A stretch of 64,000 nt of DNA, from contig OZ024748.1 of NCBI GenBank assembly GCA_964016885.1, positions 47,244,001 to 47,308,000 on the forward strand, written 5' to 3'. Below the pieces are notes generated by a model. The model had not been told where the DNA came from, searched no databases, and saw only the letters and a list, made by a program, of their open reading frames with translations. A program made the position numbers and the translations under genes. Positions 1 to 14,061 of this stretch are shown piece after piece. How positions within the stretch are numbered: the first letter of the stretch is position 1; each line of letters starts with the position of its first letter. This stretch comes from Eledone cirrhosa (lineage: Eukaryota).

Positions 1-1
1 A

Positions 2-66
2 TTATTTCATTTACCAGTGGTTTCTTGAAAGCATATATATCAATTTTCAGTCGTCAGAATGAATAA
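2..66 (-). ncRNA. Type I hammerhead ribozyme motif
   Basis: Minus strand: ttattcatt CTGACGA ctgaaa..tttcaa GAAA cca c tgG TA aatgaaataa. Same family as 3124-3186. Confidence 0.7.
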
Positions 67-144
67 AATATGGTGTTTTTATTAAATATCGATTTGAAAA
101 CAAAATATACGAAATATGGAAATGAGGCTGAGGAAACAACGGGC

Positions 145-240
145 GAAGAAGAAGAAGAAGAAGAAGAAGAAGAAGAAGAAGAAGAAGAAGAAGAAGAAGA
201 AGAAGAAGAAGAAGAAGAAGAAGAAGAAGAAGAAGAAGAA
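145..240 (+). repeat. (GAA)n tract, possibly an RTE-like tail
   Basis: Preceded by ..gggc, as is the tail at 8214-8300 when read on the minus strand. Confidence 0.7.
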
Positions 241-531
241 ATAATATATATATAATATATATATATATAATATATATATATATATATAAAATAAATAAAT
301 AAACAAACAAACACACTCAACCGCGCGCATATTCTTGAAAAGTACGTACACATATGCTGTCACATAAGCGTATATGTATCAACCGACATGGACAAAATAC
401 ATACACACACATATACATGAAGTAATAAGAATAAATAAATAAATGAAAAAGGACAAAAAATATTGAAAGTCAAAAATAATATAAAATAAAATAGACAGAG
501 GTAGAGAACAGAGAGAGAGAGAGGGAGAGAG

Positions 532-602
<71 letters not shown>

Positions 603-850
603 GATAGATTCATACATAGTGCACATATATATATATATATACAAACATATACACGCACGTAATATATATGTATAGATAAACACACACACACATATATATA
701 TATGTGTGTACACGTTTATAACTTTACACATCAGAGCTATGATTACAAGAAGAGTTTGCATGGAATTTCTGTAATGAGGCAACACAAAAGCACGTATAAA
801 GTTTAAAGTCACGCGAACCTCACAAAACTATGTAAACATGCATGTGTGTA

Positions 851-883
<33 letters not shown>

Positions 884-896
884 TTACACACGCACG

Positions 897-997
<101 letters not shown>

Positions 998-1002
998 GCA
1001 CG

Positions 1003-1052
<50 letters not shown>

Positions 1053-1059
1053 TAGTAAG

Positions 1060-1313
1060 AATATTTTCGAAACAGCGAGCGAGTTTGATATTCGAAATAT
1101 AAGCTATCGCCGTATTTTGACTAAAGAAATTACAGAAATTATTTAGCCTGATAGTGGGGTTAAGAACCCTCGGTGAAATGGAAAAAGATGAGTATTGACG
1201 TACATGTACGTCAATACTCATCTTTTTCCATTTCTCCGAGGGTTCTTAACCCCACTATCAGGCTAAATAATTTCTGTAATTTCTTTAGTCAAAATACGGC
1301 GATAGCTTATATT
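1060..1313. mobile_element. Foldback element (homolog at 30915-31135)
   Basis: Near-perfect palindrome centred on gtacatgtac near 1205, between TA tracts. No hammerhead core seen. Confidence 0.7.
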
Positions 1314-1540
1314 TCTCTATATATGTATATATATATATACATAAATATACACCTCATATATATACAAAGAGAGAACGGGCTTACACATTCGGGCACAAAA
1401 ACATGAGAAACATTATTGAAAATAAAAAATGTCCGTAGGAAAGGTAATGGAAAAGAGAGTGCTCTATGAAGGCTACATAACTAAATATTTAAGTATATAG
1501 ATGTATATGTATTTATACATATATATCTATATAAAAATAT

Positions 1541-1571
<31 letters not shown>

Positions 1572-1722
1572 GATATATATCATAATATTATTTATAGTTA
1601 TATATACACTATATACAACTATAAACAGGAAAGGTCAGTAATTTATTACTACCTTATTACCAGTAAGAAAAATAGCTCAAAGTAAATACATGAGATGTTT
1701 TACAGAGCCGCAATATAAGTTA

Positions 1723-1772
<50 letters not shown>

Positions 1773-1774
1773 TT

Positions 1775-2855
1775 ATACTTGGGGAGGGTCATATTTGTGT
1801 AATATTGCCAGAATTAATAACAGAACACACTCACTGTTTGGTTGGTTTTCGCTTCTCGCTTCTCGCTTCTGTCTTTTATATCGGTAATCTAACTTACTCG
1901 GTCCTCAATGTTGCCATTGACTGACCGACAGTCAAAAATAATACAGATACAATATAGACACAAGCACATATATATAGTTTATCATAAATCTTTCCTTGCA
2001 CATCTGCAACATCGTCAGTCAGTGGTGTTATATTTTCCTCCTGTTGTATTGTATGTCTACGCCATTTTTATTCAGTCTGTCTATATATTTATTTATTTAT
2101 TTGCTTGTTTGTTTATTTTATTTTGTCTTCTTTGCGCATGCGTTTGCGTGTGTGTATAGTCTTTTGTTTGCTGTGTGATGGGTGACTAGTGTGTGTTTAT
2201 GTGCTTGTTGTTATTGTGCTTGTGTATGTATTTATTTATTTATTTATTTTATTTTATTTACTTATTTATACTTCTCTTAGGTCAGGTGTTTGTTTGGGTG
2301 TTGTTGTTATTCCATTCATTCTTTCTGTTTAAATAAATAAATACATACACAAGCACAATAACAACAAGCACATAAACACACACTAGTCACCCATCACACA
2401 GCAAACAAAACACTATACACAAAGGCAAACGCATGCGCAAAGAAGACAAAATAAAATAAACAAACAAGCAAATAAATAAATAAATATATAGACAAACTGA
2501 ATAAAAATGGCGTAGACATACAATACAACAGGAGGAAAATATAACACCACTGACTGACGATGTTGCAGATGTGCAAGGAAAGATTTATGATAAACTATAT
2601 ATATGTGCTTGTGTCTATATTGTATCTGTATTATTTTTGACCGTCGGTCAGTCAATGGCAACATTGAGGACCGAGTAAGTTAGATTACCGATATAAAAGA
2701 CACAGAAGCGAGAAGCGAAAACCAACCAAACAGCGAGTGTGTTCTGTTATTAATTCTGGCAATATTACACAAATACGACCCTCCCCAAGTATAACAATAT
2801 TTGTTTCGACACACGATTTCATATAAAAAACCTCGCAAAACTAATTCATCGCCGC
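1775..2855. mobile_element. Head-to-head inverted pair of ~0.5 kb Penelope-like terminal repeats
   Basis: 1775-2240 is the reverse complement of 2335-2795. Further copies at 3702-3840, 31146-31656 and 52482-52770. Each contains all or part of a hammerhead core. Confidence 0.78.
2550..2592 (+). ncRNA. Hammerhead core motif (copies on minus strand at 1981-2022, 3743-3785, 31344-31385)
   Basis: CTGACGA t gttgca gatg tgcaa(c/g) GAAA gat TTA. Core and stem II are clear, but stem I pairing is weak. Confidence 0.6.
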
Positions 2856-2887
<32 letters not shown>

Positions 2888-2967
2888 AATTTCTGATTTT
2901 TGCGCTTCGTTTCGCCTTTCCTAGCCGCCGAAATGCGATTCTCGCTGCATCTATCTATATATATATA

Positions 2968-3214
2968 TAGTTATGTAATAAACAACATAAGGCAATTATT
3001 TCATTTACCAGTGGTTTCTTAAAAGCAAAAGAATTTGGCTTTCAATCATCAGAATGAAAAAATCCTGGTGTATTTATTGGCGTTGGTTTTTAAAATCCAA
3101 CGCCAATAAATACACCAGGATTTTTTCATTCTGATGATTGAAAGCCAAATTCTTTTGCTTTTAAGAAACCACTGGTAAATGAAATAATTGCCTTATGTTG
3201 TTTATTACATAACT
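2968..3214. mobile_element. Foldback Penelope-like terminal fragment with a hammerhead on each arm
   Basis: Near-perfect inverted repeat centred near 3090, preceded by (TA)n. Confidence 0.8.
3124..3186 (+). ncRNA. Type I hammerhead ribozyme (mirror copy on minus strand at 2997-3060)
   Basis: tttcatt CTGATGA ttgaaagc-loop-gcttttaa GAAA cca c tgG TA aatgaaa. Stems I and II pair, stem III is minimal, GUA cleavage triplet. Confidence 0.85.
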
Positions 3215-3280
3215 ATTAAGCTCTGTTACCTACATAGAGCACTCTTTTTTCCTGGATTTTTCCGACGGAATTACTTCATT

Positions 3281-3368
<88 letters not shown>

Positions 3369-3593
3369 TTTGTGTGAATGTACAAAGAAATGTCATATTG
3401 TTTACACAGTTATCGTAGTACACATTGTTTCGATATAATTTCCTACTTCCAGGCTATGTGTAATTTCAGCTCTCCCTCCTGACATATCGATTCTTCTTCT
3501 ATTATATGGAAGGAGGCGAATATCTGAGATATGTAAAATACCACAGCTTATCCCAATACTTTAACACGATCTCCTGGGTTATATATAGATGAG

Positions 3594-3625
<32 letters not shown>

Positions 3626-3634
3626 TTTATCATA

Positions 3635-3703
<69 letters not shown>

Positions 3704-3839
3704 TACAGATACAATATAGACACAAACACATATATATAGTTTATCATAAATCTTTCGTTGCACATCTGCAACATCGTCAGTGGTGTTATTGTTTCCTCCT
3801 GTTGTATTATATGTCTACGCCATTTTTATTCAGTCGGTC

Positions 3840-3870
<31 letters not shown>

Positions 3871-3889
3871 TTATATATATATATATATA

Positions 3890-3994
<105 letters not shown>

Positions 3995-4025
3995 TGTATA
4001 TATATATATACATTTAAATATATAT

Positions 4026-4092
<67 letters not shown>

Positions 4093-4282
4093 TAATTAGA
4101 CATATATGTATGGATGTATGCATTATACATATACATATATATATACATATATATATATTTGTGAGCATGCATGTATGTATAATTTTATATATTCTCTAAA
4201 ATGTTCATTGATAAGAATAAAAGTTTTATGCTTAGATTTACTGGGTTGTTTTGATGTCGTTTTTTAAAATACTTGATTATTT

Positions 4283-4329
<47 letters not shown>

Positions 4330-4360
4330 CATATATATATACATACATATATATATACAC

Positions 4361-4446
<86 letters not shown>

Positions 4447-4448
4447 TT

Positions 4449-4494
<46 letters not shown>

Positions 4495-4953
4495 GCAGTA
4501 GTTGTATGTATATATGATATGTGTATTTGTCAGATTTCGTTATTTTATTGTATCGTTTCCATTCATCGTTCTGTGAATTCTTGGTTTGCATGTCTAAAGC
4601 TATTACATAGAACATGTCCGGTTTTGATATACCATCCTCTTCCGATTGTTGGAGATTCTCCTAGATTTAAATCACTGCCAGAAGTGAATGTCAAAGACAA
4701 TAGGGAAGTACTCAAACTTACGAATGAACCCACATATGTATCTATGTTCTCTTTCACTTACCTACCTCTCACTCTCTCTCAGTGTTTATCTCTCTCCCCC
4801 TCCCTCTCTCTATCTCTCTCCCTCTCTCTATGTCTCTCTATGTTTCTCTCTCTCTCTTTCTCTTTCTGTTTCTCTCTCTCTCTTTCTCTCTCTTTAGCTA
4901 TTACGTTCTTTCTCTTTCTCTCTTGTTATTCTTTCACTCTTTTTTTCTCTGTT

Positions 4954-5025
<72 letters not shown>

Positions 5026-6366
5026 ATTCTCTCTTTCTTCTAGCCTCATTCTATTTCTGATTTTTATCCCTTTGCCCCCAGTCTTTCCGTTTCTCTGTTT
5101 ATCACATTCTAACCATCACCCTTTTCTCTTTTTGTCTGTCTGACGCCCCTCTCTCTTTCTCTCTCTCTCTATATATATATACACATATGTATATATATAT
5201 ATATATATAGCTCTCAATTTCTTGCACACTCTTCCTTTATCTGACTTCCCTCACTTTCATTCTCCTTTTTCTCTCTTTAACTCATTCACTCTAGTACCTT
5301 CTTTCTATCTACTCTGCTTCTCTGTTTATTTCATTTCTTTCTCCTTCTCTCTCCTACACTGATTCACACACTCTCCTACTCTCTCCCTCTCTTTCCCGCC
5401 CATTCTCTCCTTCTTTTTATCTCTCTCTATGTCTGTCTTCTAGTTTTATCCTATTTTCTCTCTCGCTCTCTCTCTCCCCCTCTCTCTCTCACTCTCTCTC
5501 CCACCCTCTCACTCCTTCTTTTCATCTCATGCTATGTCTGTCTTCTAGTTTTAACCTATTCTCTCTCTCCCTCACCCTCTCACTCCTTCTTTTCATCTCT
5601 CTCTATGTCTGTCTTCTAGTTTCCTCCTATTTTCTCTCTCACACTCTCGCCCTCTCTTCGTCTCTATGTGTTTCTATCTACTATTTTTACTCTATTGTCT
5701 CTTTCTGGGTCTTTCTATCTCTCCCTCTATCTGTATCTCTCTATCTATCTTGCTATACTTCTCTCTCTCTCACTCTCTCTCTCTCCGTCTCTCACCTATT
5801 TTTTTATTTGTCTCCTGCTATCCAATAGTCTTATTCAACCAAAAGCTAAAATGATAAGGAATCAAACAGTAACATAAACAAACTGAAACTAGCATAAAAA
5901 CACCAGCAAGCTGCAATGAAATATTTACCATAATTCTCGCACTTAACAAACCTATATATACATATATACATGCAGACACACACATATATATGTATATATG
6001 TGTGTGTGTAGTTCAGAGAGAGGGTGGGTGCACACCTAGATACGTTTACGCAACCATCTGTCTCTTTTTATTCCCACTAACAAACATGCTCACATACACG
6101 CTTATGTACACGTACGCACTAGCAACTGCACACACTCAGACACACACACACACACACTCTCTCTCTATATATATATATGTATATGTATATATATATGTGT
6201 GTGTGAATATATATATATATATATAGCAGAAAGTATGACCCCGACGGCAGAGCTCAAGCCATTTCAACGGGTATTCCTGGACTAAAAAAAAAATGGTCCA
6301 TCTGGTTGCTTACCACAACTCCTTCGTTATATATATATATATATATATATATAAGGGGAAATGGAG

Positions 6367-6501
<135 letters not shown>

Positions 6502-6531
6502 CATTATATATATATATATATTTATATATAC

Positions 6532-6614
<83 letters not shown>

Positions 6615-6635
6615 ATCTGTTGAGGTATTCGTCCA

Positions 6636-6680
<45 letters not shown>

Positions 6681-6684
6681 TTAA

Positions 6685-6726
<42 letters not shown>

Positions 6727-7295
6727 ATTTCACCTCATACTCATTCATACACACACCTGTACGGAAGCACACACTTACCCTATCTCACACTCTTCCCATT
6801 ATTACACCTCACACACTCACACACACACGCACAAACACACACGCACAGACACACATACATTCACACACACTCACACTCATCCCCCTACCATCCTATCTCT
6901 CACACTTTCTCTCTCTATCTCTCTACACCTACCACACATGTGTCTAGATGCTACACCACATCTATAACTTTTATACTGTTATAAGCACCACGTTAAATGC
7001 GAAGATTTGGCAGAATAACAAACGAGTTACGAAGCTGTTAGTTCGGTCAACTTTTACATTTGTTAACCATTTTTATGTACTGACTGTTATCACTCCAGGG
7101 ATTTGTTAAATGAATCGGAATTAACGTAGACTAATCAATTAAATATAACATGTGAGATGCTTTTATATAACACTTATAAAGTAAAGCTGTTGCTGATATA
7201 TTGCTATACATTATGCTATATACATATGTATATATATACTATATTATGTATATATATGTATATATATATATGTATGCATATTATATATATATATG

Positions 7296-7363
<68 letters not shown>

Positions 7364-7570
7364 GTATGTATATTATATATATATATATGTATATTATATA
7401 TATATATATATATTATATATATATGTATAGATATATGTGTGTATATATATATATGCATATATATATTATATTCTATATATATAATATACATACATATACA
7501 TATATATATATATATACATATATATACGTAATATAGTATATCTATGTATATATACAGTATATGTGTATAT

Positions 7571-7628
<58 letters not shown>

Positions 7629-7712
7629 CATATATATATATATATATATATGTAATATATATATGTATATGTAAATATATATAATATATATATATATGTA
7701 TATATTATACAT

Positions 7713-7753
<41 letters not shown>

Positions 7754-8213
7754 TATGCAAATATATATACATTTATAATATACATATATATATATATATG
7801 TGTGTGTGAGAGAGGGTGGGGGGAGCGACAGACAGATAGAATGGCAGAGAGACAAAGAGAACGAGTTAGAAAGATAGATATCTACGCCTCATAGTATATG
7901 ATAAATACATATCTCTACAATATTAGCTGAGACAGGTTAAATATGTAAATAAATATATGCACTGAGTATCTAGACGTGTCATAATTACACATTTCTCTGT
8001 ATTTTTCCACAGGGAAGGGAGGTAAATATGACAGCTTGTATATTTATATACTCAACATGTGTATTAAGAGCTGGAACAAATTTCACATAACCTTTCTGTT
8101 TGCTCCATAGACTTTGATAAATCACTGTCGATTAGACTCAAATAAGAGATCAATATGATGGGTCCTCCGTCGATTTCGAAGATGAGCATTTACTTATTCG
8201 ATCACCTGACCAT

Positions 8214-8560
8214 TCTTCTTCTTCTTCTTCTTCTTCTTCTTCTTCTTCTTCTTCTTCTTCTTCTTCTTCTTCTTCTTCTTCTTCTTCTTCTTCTTCGCCC
8301 ACTTATTCCTTAGAGTGTCGGGTGTGCAGAGTCGTCAAAAACTCCTTAGAGCGGGTACTGTCCGAAGCAACCGTCTCCAATTGATCCTGCTGTATCCCCG
8401 AACAAGACCAGTCAAGCTCATGGATTATGTCCAACCGTCTTGCTCGGGGTCTACCCCTGGATCTCTGGTTTACCCCGTTAAATCTCTCCAGCAATTTATT
8501 CCTGAGACATTCTACCCACATGCCCATAGCATCGGAGCTGTGATCTCTCAATTCGGAGAA
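8214..8560 (-). mobile_element. RTE-like LINE 3' remnant with a (GAA)n tail
   Basis: Translation RSRGRPRARRLDIIHELDWS..GIQ..L..VA.D resembles RTE C-termini and is directly followed by a (GAA)n tail at 8214-8296. Confidence 0.65.
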
Positions 8561-8912
8561 TTAGCATCGCTACTGAATGTATGCGTAAGTGAATGAATAT
8601 TGCACACAAACGTGTATTATAAACGTGTATAATCCAGTACATTACTGGTACTTTATTTTATCGACCACGTATGGATGAAAGGCAAAGTCAACCTCGGCGG
8701 GATTTGAACTCAGTCCGTAAAAGGATGCAACTCTATGCTGGAAAGCATGGCGTCCGACTTTCTACCGATACTGCCAAGCAATGTTTCTTTCCAGGGACTA
8801 TATTGAAAAGTAAACCACATTTCTTCATTCCTTGAAAATATCTCAGCCAGTCTATGAAGGAGTGATGCTAGAGCTGTGCAATCATGCATGCATGAATTTC
8901 AACTCTTCTTAA

Positions 8913-9105
8913 TAATTGTTTCTAATTTTGGCACAAGGCCATCAATTACCCAGAGCATTACTGGTACTTTATTTTATCGACCCCGTAAGGATGAAAGGCA
9001 AAGTTAACCTCGGCGGGATTTGAACTCAGAATGGCAAGGACCGTAACTCTATATGTCAAAGCATGATATCCGACCCTCTACCGATACTGCCAATCCACCG
9101 CCCTT
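8913..9105 (-). mobile_element. Same SINE family, full length, with target-site duplication
   Basis: tcaactcttcttaataat on both sides. Other copies near 8634-8778, 10058-10155, 12662-12848, 28008-28252, 28819-28935, 31840-31960, 45116-45217, 45880-46040, 46360-46543, 46555-46770, 52988-53093 and 53914-54012. Confidence 0.85.
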
Positions 9106-9737
9106 AATCAACTCTTCTTAATAATAACTGCATTGTTTCTTTCCAGGGACCATGTTGAAAAACAAATCTCATTTAATCATTCCATGAGAGGACCATGGTC
9201 AGCTTTAGAACTTTTCAGCCGACCCTCGGTGGCTTTCTTTAATACAACTTAGCAAGGTCGATAAAATAAAATACCAGTCACATTCTCTAGTCGGATTAAT
9301 TCACTACACCCTCATCGATATTGTGCGTCATTCTGTCATTGTTCTAAATCGATATGTATTATGTATATTTCAATTTCGTTCGCAAAAATCAATTGACTGA
9401 AACGGAAGGTTTCTAAACATGCAGGGACCTTGTTTCATTGGTCAGCCATGAAGAAAATATTTTCGCTTCAGCTGCCTAAATTGAATTATATATATACTTA
9501 GCCATTGGTACTCAATAGCAATTATTTCCGTTTATTATCACTAAAATATGTATTCGTGTTCGATAAATGTTTGGTCTATCTGATAATCATGGAATGACAA
9601 TAGCCAGTTAAGAGAGGCATCTAATGATAAAATATTAACAGGAAGTATCTAGATATATATGATTCTTCTAACATTAAGAGAACAAATTCAAACGCGAAAA
9701 CTGGAAATGAGATAGAAAATATGGTATACACACACAT

Positions 9738-9802
<65 letters not shown>

Positions 9803-9805
<3 letters not shown>

Positions 9806-9988
9806 CGAAGGAAAAGTGGTAAGGAACCAGGTGGACCATAACGCACCAAAGTACTCAATACTTGAGGTAGTAGAGTGGGTAATAGGAACCAGTAAGACCC
9901 GACAGCTGAGCTCAAGCCGTTTCGACGGCTAATTCTGAGAATTAGCCGTCGAAACGGCTTGAGCTCAGCTGTCGGGGTCTTACTGGTT

Positions 9989-9990
<2 letters not shown>
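9803..9990 (-). mobile_element. Major-family foldback fragment (3' half of hammerhead plus tail) in (TA)n
   Basis: Long arm and inverted short arm joined at gacggctaattctgagaattagccgtc. Confidence 0.82.
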
Positions 9991-10033
<43 letters not shown>

Positions 10034-10833
10034 GTAATTAATAATAACATATAGATAATTGATTTTACTTTTGGCACAAGGCCAGCAAATACTCAGTGCA
10101 TTACTGGTACTTTATTTTATCGACCCCGTAAGGATGAAAGGCAAAGTTAACCTCATTAACATATTAATAATAACATTCGATTCGTTTGCAATTATGGAGA
10201 CAAGCCTCATTTCTAAAGCCATGTCAATAGAGGGAACCCCTCATTCTTGCTCTTGTGTCGGGATGTAATTTTTTTATTTTATATATTATTTTTTTATTTT
10301 ATATATATTCTGAATTATTATTTCGTAGTAGTTTCTTTAGTATTTTGACCCCCTACTTGTTGACCTGTCAATGTAAGATAGATTTGGACGATTACTACTA
10401 ACTCATAAAATTCTTTCACTACAATCTCGTATTTAGTATTCCGTCCCACCTATGAAACTTTTCTATAGTTTAGCAGTACCAGTGAGAGATTTGATCACTG
10501 GGGTAGGGGAATAGTAACCAGAAATTGTTTTTTTTATATTTTTAAAATTCTTATTATTCTTCTGTATATTTACTCCATATCGATTTACTTATTGTTTCTA
10601 TTTCCACCCCTCCCCCTCCCTAGTATACTTCTCTTGACCTCTTATCCTTAGGATTCTGCTGTAGTTGGCACTATTACCGCACGACGGGGTTTCCTCCACT
10701 CCCTCTCCCTCTTTCTTCTACTGGCAAGTTCAGCTACCCCTTCCTTCCACAAAATGCCATGATAGAATTGTGTGTCTCAACAACAAACTTTTGACCAATC
10801 CTTGTGACAATCACTTTTACCATATATGGAATT

Positions 10834-10929
10834 ACTCCCTGAGAAGCTCGGCTATTCATGTACCAGGATAAAAATGTTCATTTAGTCCAGAATTAGCCGT
10901 CGAAACGGCTTGAGCTCAGCCGTCGGGGT
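10834..10929 (+). ncRNA. Type I hammerhead with a long stem II (core reads CTGAGAA)
   Basis: actcc CTGAGAA gctcggctattc..gaattagccgtc GAAA cggct tgagctc agccG TC ggggt. All three stems pair, with one deviation from CUGANGA. Confidence 0.7.
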
Positions 10930-11201
10930 CCTACTCGTTCCTATTACCCACTCTACTACCCTAAGTATTAAGTACTTTGGTGCGTTATGGTCCATCTAGC
11001 TCCATACCTCATTTCCTTCGTTATATATATATATATATAAATTTAGTAGGGACGAAACGGCTTCTCCATGCTTTCCATTTGGAAACCATGTTTATTCCCT
11101 TTCAGAAACTAAGTAGTTGGAGTGAAATTTTAGTAAGTAAGTTAATTTTCATAATTTTCTTATTTTACGTCTTTCATATATATATATATATATTTTACGT
11201 C

Positions 11202-11267
<66 letters not shown>

Positions 11268-11818
11268 TGCCCGCTCGTTATCGAGTATGGCCATTGCACG
11301 GTATACCATTATTAATTAATTCTATCGTGCAATGTCTGTGCGTGAGGTTATTTTTTAAAGTGAGGAAAGACTGTGCACTGAGCCAGTCCCACACTCTGAG
11401 TGAGAGTAGCTATAACCCGAAAACAAGAAAATATCAACATCATCGGTAACTACTGAGCCCCAGGTTTTATATCGGAGTTATCCCTGTTTCCTGAGTTGCC
11501 TTCTCCTAGAAGTATGCCCTGACAAAGGCTAGGAGTCCTTCACTCCCAGTGGTTTAACCGCGCGATCGGGTCTCCAGCCCGATTATTTCTATGTTCCCGC
11601 GCATATACATACATATGTACATTTGTATATACATATTTACACATATTTGGATGGCCGGTGACGTAAGGCTTTGTTTGACTGATCAACGAAACAATTGTCA
11701 GTACTTTAAATAAAGCCCTTATTGTACACCCAACCATGTTACTCTTCCTCCTTTAACTATATTATACATATATAGATATTAACTTTTAGGTGACTAAAAC
11801 TGTTTCATTTGTATAAAA

Positions 11819-11870
11819 TTCTATGTTCCTGATGATTTCACACGAATGAAACACTTCTAGTCCTGTAGAA
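11819..11870 (+). ncRNA. Possible hammerhead ribozyme
   Basis: ttctatgttc CTGATGA tttc acac gaat GAAA c acttcta GTC ctgtagaa. The 3' half recurs at 29014-29052, and a short inverted copy lies at 11791-11810. Confidence 0.5.
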
Positions 11871-12125
11871 ATAAATTCTATGTAAAATGAATATGGAAAC
11901 TGTAGTTTTTTTTCTTTAAAACTCTTCGGAAACCATCCTTTTGGTTACACACAGAGAGACACACATACACACACACGCACCCACCCACACACACACACAC
12001 ACACATGCACACTGAGACACACATGCAGACACGCGCACATACACACACATACACAAACACACACACGCCCACACACGCACACACACACATATATATACGT
12101 ATGTATACATGATTATCGGCCTGTA

Positions 12126-12170
<45 letters not shown>

Positions 12171-12303
12171 CACATGATAGTCTGTTAGCCTTTTATATTT
12201 TTCAATCAAATCTTATTTAATATTATGCATGCATGCATATATATATATATATGCATGCATGCACATATCTCTCTTTCTGTCTATATCGCTATACATACAC
12301 AAA

Positions 12304-12350
<47 letters not shown>

Positions 12351-12914
12351 ATACATATATTTATGCGTGTGTCTATATCTTTGTGTAAGTATAAGGATAT
12401 AGGGATAGAGATTTTTATAGAAAAATATGGAAATTAGGGGTCAAATATACACATTTATCTGAACGAGACAAAGAAATCTGTTTATATGCTTGGATAAATA
12501 AATATAATTTATATATATACACCGCGAAGCAGACTTCAGTCACACAGATATATATATACATGCAGAGTATATTGATGTTAATACAATTTACATAAAATTT
12601 CAAACACGTATATATACAGGCATTATATATATATTTTGTTCAGGCATTATATATATATTTTCCCAGCTGGCAGTATCGGTAGAGCATCAGACGCCATGCT
12701 TTGCAGCATAGAGTTAAGCCCCTTTACGTTCTGAGTACAAATGCCGCCTAGGTTAACTTTGCCTTTCATCCTTACAGGGTCGATAAAATAAAGTACAAGT
12801 AATGCACTGGAATGATTGCTGGCCTTGTGCCAAAAGTAGACACAATTATATATATAAGGGAGTAACCACAGTAAGTAAGGTACTCAATACATTAGTAGAT
12901 TGTATACAACAAAA

Positions 12915-12991
<77 letters not shown>

Positions 12992-12994
<3 letters not shown>

Positions 12995-13181
12995 CGAGTA
13001 GGACCCCGACGGCTGAGCTCAAGCCGTTTCGACGGCTAATTCTGGACAAGAATTAGCCGTCGAAACGGCTTGAGCTCAGCCGTCGGGGTCCTACTCGTTA
13101 CTATTACCCACTCTACTACCCTAAGTATTGAGTACTTTGGTGCGTTATGGTCCACCTGGTTCCTTACCACATTTCCTTCGT
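12992..13181 (+). mobile_element. Major-family foldback fragment in (TA)n
   Basis: Junction gacggctaattctggacaagaattagccgtc. Ends ttccttcgtt(at)n. Confidence 0.82.
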
Positions 13182-13339
13182 TATATATATATATATATAT
13201 AATTGGTGTTGGATGCTTAAAGCGTCTGTATGCGGTAGACAGTCAGAGCACTCGATGCCCTCATAGAGCAGAGTATGATTTCACAGAAAAAAAGAAAATC
13301 AGTGTTACGACGAATGGAAAATCTGCTTCGTAGAATCAA

Positions 13340-13435
13340 GACGTATCTGAGGACCTTGCGATTTTCAGAGTCATGTTCGATCATCACATCGATCATGCCT
13401 CGAGCTGGTCGCCAGAGAAACGATTGTAATATGTC
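13340..13435 (+). ncRNA. Type I hammerhead with extended stem II, inside foldback element 13200-13481
   Basis: gacgtat CTGAGGA [~63 nt hairpin] GAAA cgattG TA atatgtc. Related fragment at 15367-15540. Confidence 0.75.
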
Positions 13436-13477
13436 CAATAAATTCCATTCGTCGTAACACTGATTCTCATTTTTTCT

Positions 13478-13520
<43 letters not shown>

Positions 13521-13980
13521 AATTTTCGAGACTAATCTTTTCGGTGAGTGGGGGCAGAATTTCTACTAATCTCGAATTTCAAGAGAAAATAATAATTTCT
13601 TAGACAGACCTTCCTTCTAAAGATTTTACTGGATTTGAGTTGTAAAGTCTTGCGCTAAAAGACGAAAATCTGTATTGAGGTCTTTGCGAATGAAGCCTGT
13701 TTTAAAATCTTCATTCTATGGCACTTTGCTGCGAGAGGAAAATATATGTTGGTATATATTCGTGAATATTATAGCCAAGTGACAACCTAAAAGCTTTTAA
13801 CGCATCATTGTGACTTCTGGTTTTATAAATGTCGTTCGTATTTTTTTCCCATACTTTGAATAAGGAATTATTATGCCGAAATATCACCTTTAATCTTTGT
13901 ATCAACTTATTAGACATAGCAAGGAAAACAGCAAGAAATGTACTGCATGGCTCTGATTTATTCATGTATGCATATATATA

Positions 13981-14061
13981 TACAGGGTGTTCCGGAAAAT
14001 GTATACATATTTCAACAGCAGATATTCAAAGTGTATATACATTTTTGGGGGACACCATTTA
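13981..14061. mobile_element. Tiny Tc1/mariner-like MITE
   Basis: ta-cagggtgttccggaaaatgtatacat and gtatatacatttttgggggacacc form imperfect TIRs with almost no spacer. Confidence 0.55.

Noticed and set aside
8011-8019. Possible 9-nt micro-exon (ttccacag GGAAGGGAG gtaaat)
   Set aside because: No partner exons are identifiable, and such a match is expected by chance.
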